Below, one piece after another: positions 33,501-48,500 of a stretch of DNA of 64,000 nucleotides. This DNA comes from Tubiluchus corallicola (taxonomy: Eukaryota > Animalia > Priapulida). The stretch spans positions 372,001 to 436,000 of the forward strand of contig JAQGDQ010000148.1 of the NCBI GenBank assembly GCA_030141605.1, in the 5' to 3' direction. The stretch's first letter is position 1; each line of letters opens with the position of its first letter. Below the pieces are notes generated by a model. The model saw nothing but the letters and a program-made list of their open reading frames with translations, was not told the DNA's origin and did not search any database. Made by a program: the position numbers and the translations under genes.

Positions 33501-36500
33501 GTATAAGGGGATCAAAAGGTAAGCTTATTTATTATCTTTGAAGAAAGTCGCCTTGAATTTATTTGAGGTGTTTTGATAAGAATCACTTTTAAGAATGGTT
33601 AAGTGAGTTTTAGCTTTAACAGGATAATGTAAGTATTAAATTTCTGTGAGAAAAATTAGGTCAAAGACTGTAAGTGAGTGAGGAGGATAACATTTAATTT
33701 GGAGGCTTTGGGAAATCTCAGCTTTCGGTGAGCTTTTATGATGTGATCTTGTTCAAATAAGACGCATAATTATCGGTAAAAACGATTGGAATAAAGTAGG
33801 CCTAATCAAGTAAAAGGTGAGAAATCTTTACATTTGTGGCTAAATCGATTGCAGTTTTTTCATAGTTGATGTTCTGTACAATAAAGCATTAGCCAATGAT
33901 TATTTTGGTCAACCATACAGTTAACTTAAAAATATCAATAAGTTAATTAAAAAGTCTCGTACTAAAGGGCCTAAACAACTATTGTTTCTATCAGCATTAA
34001 GACAATCGTGTTCTGCAGTTAAAAGTAGTAAAATGAAATTATCATAAACCATACATGAACAGTATTCGATTTTTTGGTTTTAAGATGAAACATTTTCTAT
34101 ACACATCAGGGGCTTTTGAAGTATTAACTATTACAATTTATGTATCTACATTTTTCATCTGTCCAAGTTTTTGTCCAAATTTTTATCAACTGATGCCCAC
34201 TTTTTAATTTTCTGGACAGCCAATTCAAGATTTTTGGCTACAGAATGCAAACCATACATAACTGAGTTGCCTTATGTATGTGCTGGTCATTTTACTTCCA
34301 AAGAGTATGCCCTGTAACAGCATTCTTAGTTATAAACAATTGTTGTATGTAAGGCGGGTTTAAACTATGTATTAACTTATAGACATATTTGGCTAACGAT
34401 TTCTCAAGCTTTTGAGTACTTCTGGCACCACCAGCTTGCCAGGCCAAACCCCAATAGTTGAAATTTGCCATAATAAACGATTTATACATGATATGATTTA
34501 TACGATTAATGGCCATCCTGCTATTAAAATCCCAAAACTTGAACAATCTTTTATATTTAGTCAAACTTTTGAAGCTGGAGAAATTGCGAACACAGCGAAA
34601 TTGTGAGAAATTGCGTTATATAAATAAAGTGCAACAATGTTTTGGTATTTAAATTTGAGGTATTTATGTAACAAGGAATTATGGCTTTTACAAATAAAAG
34701 CAAGAACTGGAAAATTAAACCTTAATGGAAGTATGAAAGATAGATGAGTAGGCTAAAATTTCAGGTGTGATTTGGAATTGGATTAGTTTATTTATTATCT
34801 CTTTCCATTCCTTCTTGGCAATTAAAGGTGAAAGAAAAATGCTTGTGTTGGAAGGTATTTCAAATAAAGATTGTGTAAGTTGGTTATTGACATGGAAATA
34901 CCTGCAACTGCAAACATGAATAAGATTGGAATTGAATGTTTATGCTTCATATTTTCTCTTTTTTAGCTGGGTGGTATTTTTTATTGCTCGTTTTCATAGG
35001 AAGTATGCACACTGAATAGAGTGATGGCATCGGAAAATGCTTTAATTTAAAGTTTATTGTCGACTAACCAACAATTATCCTAATTTGCCTGCTCATGGTG
35101 TTATGAATAAGTTTTAAAACACAGATACTTGTAACTACACTAAATAGGACTGAGTGAGGTTTGACCAAAGTTAAGTCTGTACAGCATGACTCAGAGTTAA
35201 GCAGCCATGCGGCTTAGCTTCACATGTGGAGCTGTGTATTCATTTTTCGCTGTTTTCCGTCAGCAACTGTACATGCTAGGATGTTTGCACACATTTTTCG
35301 TTTTGTTTTGGAAATGCTCATAAATTGCCACTTAAAAAATCTGTCTGCGCCATTTGCTTGGCTGAGCAGATGTATAACCCTGGCTTTGAGGAATCGCAAT
35401 GTGTGGGCAATAATAAAATTGCTGACATTGCGATATGCACAGATAAAATTTTTCAAGTGATTATTACACCTGGTTTGAAATCTGTTACTGATAATCACCT
35501 TCCTCTGGCCCTCAACAATCACACTAACTTAGAGACTTCTGTGAGGGTGTTCTTCATCCCACAGCTGAATTGTAAGATAATCAATTATCAGAATCACTTG
35601 GTAATAATTATAGGGAATAAGATGTATCTTTGACTGACTATATGAAAATAACGTATGATCAGAAAAATCAGTTTTTAACTTCATCTTAGGTTTTCATTGG
35701 GCATTCATTTTAGAACTAGTAAAATGCTTTACATAAGATTTTAAAAAAATTGTAATTCAAGTTGACTATAAAAATTCATTATTAGTTACTACCACTACTT
35801 TTATAAAATAAATAACATTAAGGAAGAATGTGCCATCATAGCGCACATAAATAGACTTTCATGAACCACAATTTAAATTTGCTGTAAATTCAGTAAACAA
35901 TGCAGTTTTTTAGTGCAATAATTTACTACTATCATTGCACAATGATACTTTGGTTGTTTTTATTTAGCAGTTTAGTTCGTTATTGTCTTTATTTACTTCT
36001 TGAAAATTTGAATTTAGTTTTTAGCTTTTAAATCCTCCACTTTGCACTCAACTCATGAATACATCAATGCATTGCATTCTGTTTAGCTGTAAGCTATACC
36101 ATTCATTAGCGTCTTGTTTATACTGAGGGGATGCTTGCAATAGCTAGTGCACTGGCTTCTCAGAATGCTTAGGGAACATCTCTGAATTCCAACGTGACTA
36201 AGACTACTAAAGCATTTCCTTGCAATTGTTTATTTATTGGTTAGGCAAATGCAAAAGTTTGGCATTGCTTTTAGTTAATATTTACTTACTTCTGTGTTGC
36301 CACTTTCGTATTTTGATTTTCGTATATTTCTGCGAAGCGGGGAGTTTTTTATGCTCATCTTGATGCTAAGTACACCTAGCTGCCATCTTTTGAAATTTAT
36401 CCCGGATAGCGTCCGTTCTGTTCTGTATCCTAAATGTAACCAAGTTTTTTGAACATAAACATTTTTTACACAGTTCGACAGACTGTAACTCTCAGTAAAT

Positions 36501-39500
36501 AACAGTGACAATAAAAAAAATACATACACGTATGCACAAAAATATTTCAGCTTCTTCTAGTAGTGACTTCGACTGTAGGCCTACTTCTGGTGAAGCAGTT
36601 TTAAAGTTTCTAATCTATACCTTAAGGTCATAGGTGCTAGTTTTGCTTATTGTTCAGAGCATATTGTATTACTTGACACCGCTTGTTAAAACTAAAGCCG
36701 AATTTTGTGGTGTATATATTTACCCAAGGTCACTGAAGTCAAGAGGTGGTACTCTTATATTTTAAGGCAGTGATGAATATGTATTACAAACAGATTAAAA
36801 GGTGAGAAAGTAGGCCTAATAAAATATTTTCACTTTTTTCTATGTAAAATTTGCAGAGCTTTTTTGCCGTGACTTGTCTCTGGAGTCTGTGTTATTCTGC
36901 AAATTTTGCAGCTGATCAGCTGCCAGTTACGAATATGGGAAAATCCCCAAAATTCATTGAAAACTGCATTTTAAATTAATTTTAAATATATAATTTTTCG
37001 ATTGACAAATGCTACTTGTGAGCAATGTAGTCCCGGGCAAAATTCACTACACGGTTTTTTTGCTCAGTAGTCAGCGTGTATATGCCTGTAGTTGCTATGT
37101 GCTCAGTTGCACATGTTCTATTATTTAAACTTCACTGATTTGTACTATGCACTGTTACAGCAAGTCTGAAACAGCTGCATGCCACTCTTGTATATATCTG
37201 TTTATATACTGAAGTTGGTGCAATAAACTTTATTATTTGCTGATCGATTTAGTGAAATAATAAACATTATTATTATTTGTTGATCAAATAATTATTTTCC
37301 AACTAATTGTATTGTTGTTTGTCGGAATAATGTTTAATGATTGGCGTAGATTAAATCCAGTGCTTTCTTGGCCTAACCAAATAAAAAAGAAGCAAACTTA
37401 ACTCTTGACAATACAAAACTTATTTTTACTTATGTTAACCACTAGCTTTTACGTATATTACAGCTGACTGCCATTTAAATCACCACGAGTGTAGTTTTAG
37501 ACATGTACATTAATTAATATTTTCGACTTGTTTTGTTTTTTAGAATAATCCCCCAGAATTAACCATGTGTGGTTTTGTGATAGAGCAAGCATTATCAGTC
37601 CGGGCTTTGCAGGAAATGATTTCAAAGCGATCGCCTGAAGGAGTGAGTTTTACTATGAGATGCATGCTGTATTTGTAGATGCAAGTTTGATTTATATAGC
37701 TTTTTGGCTTAATAACATGTACAATATTTGAGGACACAGTACAAGAAACAGAGTTTGATTATTCACAAACTATGGTTTAATTTTACAAAAGCACTTTTAA
37801 ATTGAAATATCATTGGTGAGTCGTAGAATAGAATTGAAAGTGTTCATCACTGGAGCGCTTTTCTACCAACTTCAACGATGTTGTTATGAAATTTTTTCAG
37901 TATTTACAGCATTTTTAGTCTAGTGATATAAATCACAAATCTTGTGAATCATGTACCACTAAGATGTTGTGATATATAATTGAAGAAGTGAAATGACATG
38001 TTTCGTTCTACCACTGTGACTTATTTTGGATGAACTAAAAGCACAAAATCACTAAATATTAAGTTTTTTTCACTTTATATTGGTAATGCAATGACTAGCT
38101 AAGCACAGACTCCACTTGCACAGAAAAAAAACACAAGCGAAAGAATACAAAAGCATGACATACCATTATGACAGAGTAGTAAAAACACTAATGTAAGGTA
38201 CTCACATTGTATCAGTTTTTAACATTATTTGTAATTTCTATGTTATGTTGTGATCTTTCAGAAGGAAAGTTTTAAATTTACTTGCTAATCTTCTATGTTG
38301 CAGGGTGGCCAGCAAGGTCATCGAACTTTATTATATGGTCATGCTGTATTACTTAGACACAATATTAGCAATATGGTAAGTTTATGGAAAAAATATGTCT
38401 GTGTTTACTAATTAACGTTCTAATTAATTAAAATTAGGGTAGAAATGAAGGAAAATAGTGTGCTTATTTATCATGATAAATAAGTTACTTTTGATGAATT
38501 TTGCTAGGAAACAGGTAATTATTATCTAGTACATATGTTAAAGAACTAAATAATATGTTAAATATATATTTGATGTATGACAACTAGCATGTGGCTATTA
38601 TGAGGGGGTGCCCTGAGTTTTTACAGTAGGTTTTAATTTGATCTGTCTTTATTTGTTTAGAAACATGCTTTTGGGATGGACACTTTATTTTACTTGCCAT
38701 AACTTCTTAATTAATTGTCAAGAGCATTTGGCCTAGGAGATCATAAAACATTTTGCAGTAAAGTGATTGTAATCTATTACTGTTTTCTTTACAGTATATG
38801 TCCTGTTTGTCAACTCAAACCACATCTTCTAATGATAAGTTAGCTTTTGACGTTGGCTTAAAAGAAGACTCCGAGGGTAAGTGAACTAACTAAATTCAGT
38901 TTTTAAAATGCTGCTCCTATACTAGGTACAAAATAGCAACAACGTATGGCATACAATGCTGCTTTCTGTGAAAAGGCTTACCGAGTCAACACTCCGCATT
39001 TTTTAACATGCTTCTGCCGCCACTTTTAATTTTTAATTGTTACTACTGAAGATATAAATTATGGGTGGCTGGTCTTTGTGTGTGATTACAGTTATGCCAG
39101 TTATGTGAACAGATGCAAAATAAATAGTATTGACCCTTTTTCTGGCAAATTTGTGCATCATTGCATTAAAAAATAGGCAAATAAAATTTTCAAAAATGTG
39201 TAATGTTACAGAATCTTATTTAGCATTCTATAAAGAATTAAAACCATCCACGTTTTGAGCATATGCACAAGACCCTTTTTCAACTAGCATTAGCATTAGG
39301 TCCAGCTACAGCACATTCGGAATCATTGTCACTATCACTAAACTGCAGATTGACTACTCTTAATACTAACTACTGTACTAGACTGATCTAACATCAATAT
39401 CACCTCATCATTGCTATCACTGGAAAGGTAGTTGTAATTACTCAAATTTATATCACTTTCAACAGAATCTGTGTCACTTTATACAATGTACAACATCACT

Positions 39501-42500
39501 GTACTTTTATAGCTGCTTACACACTGTTGTGATTATTATGCCAAAACAAAACGAACATGTAACACGTTTTTTCTAACGGGATATTTCAAAAGTTTTTGCA
39601 TAATGAAAGAGACCTGACAATGCACTAAAAAACATAAAATCTGTTAGCAAAGCTTGTGCAGAAGATCCGTCCATGGGAACAGTGTACTCTGTCTAGTGCA
39701 CATGCAAAGCAACGAAAAGTCGCATACTTCGAAACTTTTAAAAAATATGGGTTTCTGTAACTACTATGCAAATACGTCTATAGTCCTCAAGTATTTGTAT
39801 ACTTTTTGGAAATGTGATAAGCATACTTACTTTGTGCCATTTTGTAGATCTTTTCGAGCCCTACAAATTCCACTATAGTTTTGTTTGACAATTGCTAGCA
39901 AATGTAGCTTGTTCAAAGTTAAACATAGTGCAAAGCATCCAGCTTTGACGTTTCAGTTAATTTCTGTACTGCATTGAAACAACTAATATAGCATCTGTTT
40001 GCAAAAAATAAAAGAAAGAGGTACGCATTATGCAGAATTTGACTATCAGCTATACTTTTGTAGAATAAGTGAGAAATACCTTTTTTGGGCATATTGCAAA
40101 AAATTACACCTACTGTCTACTCTATTCTTTCAATACAGGAAGTGCTTTTGTCTTACTTAACAACACAACAACATTCAGACTCTAAACATGCAAATAGTCA
40201 GTTATCCGAGCTAATCGTTGTGATGTCTTAAACTTTATTGCTTTAATCAAGCTTCGAAACATTTTGAAGCTTTGAAGTATTTAGAAGCAAATCTTTGCAA
40301 AAAGTCATGACATCTGATTGTGCGTTCTTAAAATTTCTGTCGCCAGGATTTTGTGCAAGCCAACAGTGTCCATTATTTAATTAAGAAAAGTTTTGACATG
40401 CAGGAATATTCAGGACCATTCAGGAATATGGTCCTTGACTCATAGATCTTTCGTAATTTGCAAATATTGATCATGCATTAATCACTTAATCATTAATTAG
40501 GAGAAAGCTGTTGGTGGACTATTCATCCTGCTTCTAAACAGAGATCTGAGGGAGAGAAAGTTCGTGTTGGTGATGATGTTATTCTAGTTAGCGTTGCTAC
40601 TGAGAGATATTTGGTTAGTATTACTAATGGTAAAAGCTTTATGGATGTAGCTTTTTGAAAATGTCGTAACTTATTGAACGATTTAATCGTGTTTCAAGAA
40701 ATGTATGAAAAAAATGTACTATGTAAGCTTATAAAAATGCCAACGTGATGATTATGTGTCGGATAAAAGTGGTACCACATCTCCTTTGGGTAAAAGTGCC
40801 TTTTATATATTGGTGGGAGAAGAACAGCTGGCTCCTTCAATTTGAGATACAAGCTGAAGTAAGGTAAAGTGCGGTATATGCACATTACCTAAAATTTGCT
40901 TCATTTGTTTATGCGGGCCAACATCAGACTTGGATGAATTTTACTCTTTGATAGTGATCAGTGTATAAATTGTAATAGTAGTGTTTAATAATGCTAAGAT
41001 AATGCTATAATAATAAGATGCATCGAAATCGTTGAAAAATCTTTCATGTGGATCAGCATTGTAAGACAAAGTTTTTGAGGATTTTGTTTGTATTTTTGTA
41101 CATGGAAAATCTCTTTTTTTGGTTTAATCTTCAATATATCTCATTTGTTTAATTATTGTTTTAATTATTATAAGGATATTTAATGTACTAATCTACTTTT
41201 TTACCGAACACTTTTTACCTGTTTGGTGAGGTAACTACTCTAGCAAAACTATCAATCTAATTTGAACCCATTTTTCTGTACTTTTAGGTGCATCATTTTG
41301 AGCTTAGGTTTTAAACACACACCGTGTAACAAAACTGAATTAATAACAGCATTTTCCCAATTACATAATTTATAAATAGAATTGTGTAATATTGCATGAA
41401 TTGTTGGAGTGAGTTTGATGTAATTTTGCCCAGGTTGTGCTAAAGCTATTACAGAACAATACAATATTTATGCAATGCATAAAATAAGGGGAGTTTAACC
41501 TTGCATAATATTTGCACATATATTCAGCAGACTTTAGATGCACTTAGTATATTGTATCATTTCTAGCACACCAGCAAAACTGGAGGCAGAGCTGTTGTCA
41601 TCGCATCATTTCACCAAACGCTGTGGAGTGTAGCAACTGTATGCTCTGGAAGCATTAGAACAAAAGCATTAGGTTTGTTGAATTATAACTTGTGATTTAT
41701 ATCAATTTCGTAAATTTAGTTGTTTTATAGGCTTAATTACAATTTTATGTTTTTGATTGCTGAGTGAATTTCGTATAGTCATGTACCTGTAGTTAAATAA
41801 TGATAAATAAGTAATGCATCCAAACTCTTTTGGTTTCCAAAGGTGTAAATTTAAAGTTTTATTGTTTTCTTTACAAGTCAATTTTAAGTTACATTGTTTT
41901 TTAAACAACTGGAAATGATACGATCTAGAGACATTTGTGTAATCCTCAACACTATATCCAACAACCGTATTAATATTGCTAACAAATAGTTCCATTGTAT
42001 GTGTAAGTCTATTTCTTTTTAATAAGGAATGCTGTTTGGTGCTGATGTGCTACGATTATTCAAGAATGTAGATGAATGCTTAACGGTATCACCCTCAGGA
42101 TCTGACCAAACGTAAGTGTCATATTTCTGTTTGTGACACTTTTTACACAGACTTAATGTGTGTGAAGAAAAAAGTATTTTATAATTGAAGTATTTTGCTG
42201 ACTAGACACTAAATACAAATTGATGGATTATGATTTTTTTGTATTTTTTAGCTCGATGGTATTTTATGAGACTGGAGATGTTTGCAATCAAGCCAGATCT
42301 TTATGGAGACTAGAACTGATACGAACAAAGTAGGCTACTGCATTGGTTCTATAGTTTACCCATTTCTCAACTCCCCTTTGTTAAAAGTTTACTTTGTTAA
42401 TTATTTTAATTTTCACTGCCATCTTTCAACTACCCTTTACTAAAAAGTGTGCTTTGTTAATTATTTTAATCATTTAAGCGTTACATTTTTAACAACATAT

Positions 42501-45500
42501 ATAATGCCCTGTATGTTCAGAACATGTAGTAAACTCTTTGTTTCATATAACTTACTGTTCCTAACATTTAAGCATGTTGTCATTGCCTCCACATTGATTG
42601 AGCTACTTTAACCAATATGTTGTGGTATTGCAGATGGAGTGGTGCATTCGTGGGTTGGGGAAGTTTGTTTAGGATTCGTCACATCACAACCGGTAGATAC
42701 TTATGTGTGACTGAGGAGAATCAACTGATGCTGATTGGTCGAGACAGAGCTGACGTCGAATCGGCTGCCTTTTGCTTGCGACAGACAAAAGTAGGTTCAT
42801 TTGTAACTTGTGTAAGTGATTGAGTTTTTTTTAGTAATATTAATTTTGCATGCAGCAAAATATCTATCGAGTAATACCTCAGTGGTAGATAATCTTCCTC
42901 GTAGAGTGGTGGTAGTCATAGATTAATACTTGAACTGTATAAAGTGCAGTTATGAATTTGTTGAACCTTACTGTGATAACAATTTGTAGATTGTTTAGAG
43001 TGAACTGTAAAAACCAGCAGGAAAAGGATAAGGTATCAAGTGAAACCTTATCTGTGAGTTTTAGCAAGAGTGTCGAAAATGCACAAGATTACCACTTCAC
43101 TCTTTACTTAAAATCTGATGTGATGTTGAATCGACTGTTTTTCTTACTGGTAACCTATCAGTCACGTTTCATAGCCTTTATGCTCTTGACTAGGCATCCA
43201 ACCATGCTTTAGTCAGACTAGTTTGGTAGATTCATTTTTTTCTTTGTGACTTTGTTAGCTAACAATTCCTTTAATGAAATTTTATTTTCATTATCAAGTT
43301 TTGGTTTTCTTGCATTTTTGATTTACAGCCTGACATGTCATTTTGTGCCCTGTTTACAGGATGATACAAAGATTAGCTTGGATGAGAAAGAGGAGGAAGG
43401 AATGGGGCAACCTCTTATAAAATATGGTGAATCCATGGTGTTTATACAACATGCACACACTGGCTTATGGTTGTCGTATGAGGTAAGCTTACGATACAAA
43501 CTGTTGTGCTGTTAATTTGAAAATTAGGAAGATATTGTAAAAAATAACCTTTAGATATTGCCTCATTGTTGCTGCTTTTAAGAATGCAATACACAAATCT
43601 TTTCATATAACTTCCTAGTAATTTTTATTTTGTAAGTGGCCGCAAAAAGAGTAGTAATTTCATTAATAAGAAACAACAACATATGACCTCATTTAAAAAT
43701 CTTTCAACAAATACGAAGTTAAACCTAATTCTGCCACTCTTCAAATGGTTCTGTTTTGGAATTTTGATACATTCGAATATTGAGCTGTCACAATTATCAT
43801 ATTAAGGTGTGGGCATAATTTAGAACATTATGATTCCTACCAATAATAGCCTTAGTGCCTATGAAGGGAAACAGATGGAAAAGGTAGGCTTCAAAGTATT
43901 TTTAATAATTAGTTAATAATAACTAATTATTAGTTTAATAATAATTAGCTAGTTAAGTCTTTTAAATAGTATTGAAAATATTTATTTTATAACATATTTT
44001 TTGCAGACGCATGAGACGAAAAAAAGAGGTGTCGGTCGTGTCGAGGAAAAAATTGGAGTGATGTTGGAGGAGGGACACATGGACGATGGATTCACTTTGG
44101 TCATGGCTCAGGAGGAGGAGTCTAGATCAGCATTGGTGATCAGAAAGTGCTCCTCTATTTTCAACAGATTTGCAAGGTAAGCTGTTTTTCTTCAGGCTTG
44201 ATGAAGTCGGGAGAGGTTTGGGTGAAAATGACAGGTAGCTGACACCGTGTGCATCAGAATATCATTTTTAAGATTTTGTAAAGTCTTCCACAAGGCAATA
44301 GGAGGCTCGTCTGCACATTCTTTCAAAAACTTCTAATTTCTGTCAAAGAATTTGTCACAGTTTTTTTATCATTATTTTAGAGAGCATACTTGACATTGCA
44401 AGTGCATCATTTTGAAATTTATCAGGGCAAAAGCCTTTATTATTGGTTTCATTTGTTAGATGAAATATTTATGGAATTTTGTTTTATGTGTAGGGCTTTA
44501 AATTCGCTGCAGACAGAAGGTGAAAATAGTGTCCTCTGGCGTAGAATCAACCTAAACGAAGTAGTTAAGTGCTTGGAGGACCTTATAGAGTACTTTGCTC
44601 AGCCACCTGAAGACACAGAACACGATGAGAAACAGCATAAGTTAAAGGCACTTCGTAACAGACAGGACCTATTCCAAGAAGAGGTATATTTTCACTTTTC
44701 TGCGATTAGTACATTTTGTAATTAATAATATGTAAGTAAATTTCCTTCTATTATTTTGTTTGCTATTTTTATATTCGTGTCTTCATCTGCGGATACTGTG
44801 CTGGAATTACATTTCAGTTTTTTAATATTATTCCTTGTTTATCAAACTATATTGCTCATTTGAAATGTATTTACAGGTTTGAGTGTTATTTCATGTCTTT
44901 AACGTAGTTTGTGAGTGAAGTCAGTTTTTTTTCAGGGAATGATTGCTTTAGTCTTAGAGACAATAGACCAGTTCAGTCTGTATCAGAGTCCGAGCTATTT
45001 CGCAGCCGTTGCAGGCGAGGAAGCTGGACAGATGTGGGAGGATATATCCAGTTCTCTGTATCTGTTGCTAGGTAATGGTCTTTTGTTCATTTCCTTGCTA
45101 TTGTTTAGTTTTTATTTTTCACTACCTAAGTTAATTTCCACCTTTGAGATTGATATTCTAGTGCAGGAAAAAAATCTGTGTTCACGTGTAGCAGCGCATC
45201 GGCTCATAATCTTCAAGGATTGCATATAGAAATTTTGTTTTTATTTGCCCAATGATGTCAGTTTGCTTCTCGGTACCGGCACCTACAAATTAGAATAAAA
45301 CGCTAATTGACTTTAATGATTAGAAGGTGATGCGATGCGACAAACCTTTTCCAGCACTGTTCAGCACCTGCTGCACAAGAGTAATCCGAGTGATGATACT
45401 AGTTGTCGATGCTTCTCTTTTGTAGAGACATAATAGCAAGGCACAAAACAATTTTCTACACATGAGATTTAAACAGAGAACTCTTCAATGTTTTCGTTTT

Positions 45501-48500
45501 TCATTTTATCTTGTAATGCTGTAAACTATTTTAATTGAGTATTATAAAATTCTAAAAAATTCTTAATGAAAATTTAAGTTATACATCGTCAAAGTAAAAA
45601 TAACTTACTATAGTAGCATTACCATAATGAATAACCTTTCATCCCAAATAAGTGAATTAATATCAAGCAAGGTCTGGCAGAATTTGGTTTGTTCTACCAT
45701 TGCCAGTTGTTAGCTTACTAGTTGCAGGACAAGTTTGATTAGAAGCCACTTAGAACATAAGCAGATGAAGCAATGTCTTGACTTCCTTTCATTTGTTAAG
45801 CTTGCAAAATTTCCTATGTTTTTGCACTTGTTTCAGGAGTAGCTGTGGAATTTCTGATATAATTTACTTCTAAAAATGAAGTAAGATTTTAAGTTTCTGT
45901 GACCCTGGTCCATAAAGATGTGCTTAAAACAAGAGCATCCCTATCTAGTTTAATCTGATATGATTTTGTACTACTTTTGTTCATGATTAAGTATTGTTTG
46001 TTGCCGTAATATTTACATTTTGTGATGGTTTATCTGTCCTTCCTTATAGTTTAATGATATTTAATTATATTTTTGCAGCTGCCATGATAAAAGGTAACCA
46101 TTCTAACTGTGCTCAGTTTGCTGATGCAATGAGACTCGACTGGTTATTTAACAGACTAGAAAGCCAACAAGCATCTGAGGGTATCACTTATTTATTTTTA
46201 ATTACAAACCTTTTTTAATTGATGTATATGTAAAATATAATAATTTTTAAAAGCATGTATTTATTTCTGTTAGCTCTTGTATAAACAGTAAAATCTTTGA
46301 TTTAACGATGTGAACATTAATTGATTGAAAATTATGTTATTTAGGTGTCCTGGATGTATTGCATTGTGTTCTTATTGATTCTCCGGAAGCATTGAATATG
46401 ATTAAAGAACGACATATAAAATCAATCATTTCGCTTCTAGACAAGCATGGGCGTGACCCGCAGGTACAGTAATGCAGTATGATTGTACAGTAATGCAGTA
46501 TGATTGTACAGTAGTGCAGTATGATTGTACAGTAATGCAGTATGATTGTACAGTAATGCAGTATGATTGTACAGTAATGCAGTATGATTGTACTGTAATG
46601 CAGTATGATTGTAGAAAGAATGTGAATGTGCACATTGCATACTTATTTAGCAATAATATATTGATGTTTTGAACATGAGTGTGTTCATTTGTTATAGGTG
46701 TTGAACGTATTGTGTTCACTTTGTGTGGGTAATGGTATGGCTGTTCGTAGCTCACAAAATCACATCTGCGATAACTTGTTGCCAAGCAAAGATCTTTTGT
46801 TGCAAACTTCGCTAGTGGATCATGTGTGCAGGTACAGAGTGGTAAAATAATTAAGAGAACAACATACCTGACTTTTGTATTTTAAGTTATAGTTAAGAGA
46901 GTTTCCTTTTTGACATTATGTAAAAACATACAATGCCGGTGTTGAGATCAGCTATAAATATGTTTTTGTATTCATCTTTAGCATCTGTAATCGTGTCATC
47001 CATTTTCTTTTTCGTGTCTTTAACCTATTCCAAAAATATTGAAGTTTCTTACTGAGTGTGCAGTTCTCACATAATACATTTATTGTTTAAGCATTTTGTG
47101 GAAATAATGTACATCTTGTTTAATTTTGTGTGATGGCAACGTGCAACCATGTATTTAACATGATTTATTCATCCTGTTTCAGTATGCGTCCTAACATATT
47201 TGTTGGTGTCATGGAAGGTTCAGCTATGTACAAAAAATGGTATTTTGAAGCAGTTATTGATTACATAGAGAGCTGTACACATCAGGTATGTCAGGTTGAA
47301 CAGCTTTACCTACAGATGAGCTTAAAACTGTCACATAAGTGTGTTGTGTGTTCAACTATGCCACAAGTGAGCTTTGTTTACTGTTCTTTACTATGTTATA
47401 ATATTTGACATTAAAAATATGAAACGAGTGTTATTACATTTTTTTGATTAAAGTAAAAATAATTTTGTTTAGTTTTCTATTTTTAATTGAATTTAAAATA
47501 GACTTGTGTTGACAGAAACGTTTTTCATTTTTTTATTCTAGCCTCCCCACCTACGTGTGGGTTGGGCTAACACAGAAGGCTACAAACCATACCCTGGAGG
47601 TGGTGAAAATTGGGGTGGCAATGGCGTTGGCGATGACTTGTATTCATACGGCTTTGATGGCGTTCGACTGTGGGCTGGTAACTAATATTTTATTGATAAG
47701 CTGGTATTTATATATATGCATTAGTCTTATATCTATATGTGACAATTAAATACTATTCGAATTTAATATAGCCTTATATTCAAGTTTTTGAAACATTGTT
47801 CAGTTTGGAAGCATGTAAAATATTTGAGAACTGAGAATGTAAAAAACGTGTTGAGAAAGAAACATATAAACCTTTTTTTGAGCTTTAAAGCATTTACAGA
47901 AGTTACTGAGCATGAGAAGACTGTAGTAAGTTTTATAATGAAAGAATGTAAGTCATGAGATATTTATGTAAAGTAGAATTGAACGAAAGGCATTTGTTTA
48001 AAAGTTATAGAGGTATCACAAATGATTGCAAAGAAAACTAAGTTAATCCTTCAGATATATCGGGATTTGAGCTCGCAATTTTGCATTTTAGGTGGTAAGT
48101 CTAATGTTGTGAGATCCCATGGGACGACGTCTTTTACCAAAGGTGATGTAATTGGATGTGCTCTGGACTTCACCATTCCACAAATCACATTCTTCATCAA
48201 TGGAATCAAAATTAAAGGAGTTTTTAAAGACTTTAACACAACTGGGTTGTTTTTTCCTTGTATAAGTTTATCAGCTAAAGTCAGGTATGTAGTTGTGTTT
48301 ATGTTAATTCTAAGAAGTCACTTATTTTGTGTATTGAAGAGAAGAAAGTGCACTGTCCAGATTTGCTTGCAAATAAATAAAGCACAGCTTTTGTAAATCT
48401 AAATTAATGTAAAGTAATGTAATGTAATGTAAAGCTTTTTGAAAAGAACTAAATAATTTAAAGGATGCAAAAAAGCAGGCTGACCAACATTTATTAGGAA

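Noticed and set aside
35220-35633. Overlapping 78-102 aa ORFs in RyR intron 2 (possible nested gene)
   Set aside because: No recognisable domain, non-ATG starts on most, and no convincing exon chain.
43900-43955. AT-rich imperfect palindrome (a similar one lies at 50510-50580)
   Set aside because: Almost pure A/T; expected by chance or slippage in AT-rich introns.
46337-46785. Repetitive ORFs ([21 protein letters not shown]) and a CRISPR-like periodicity
   Set aside because: They are translations of the 21-bp minisatellite. There are no unique spacers and no cas genes, and the context is a eukaryotic intron.
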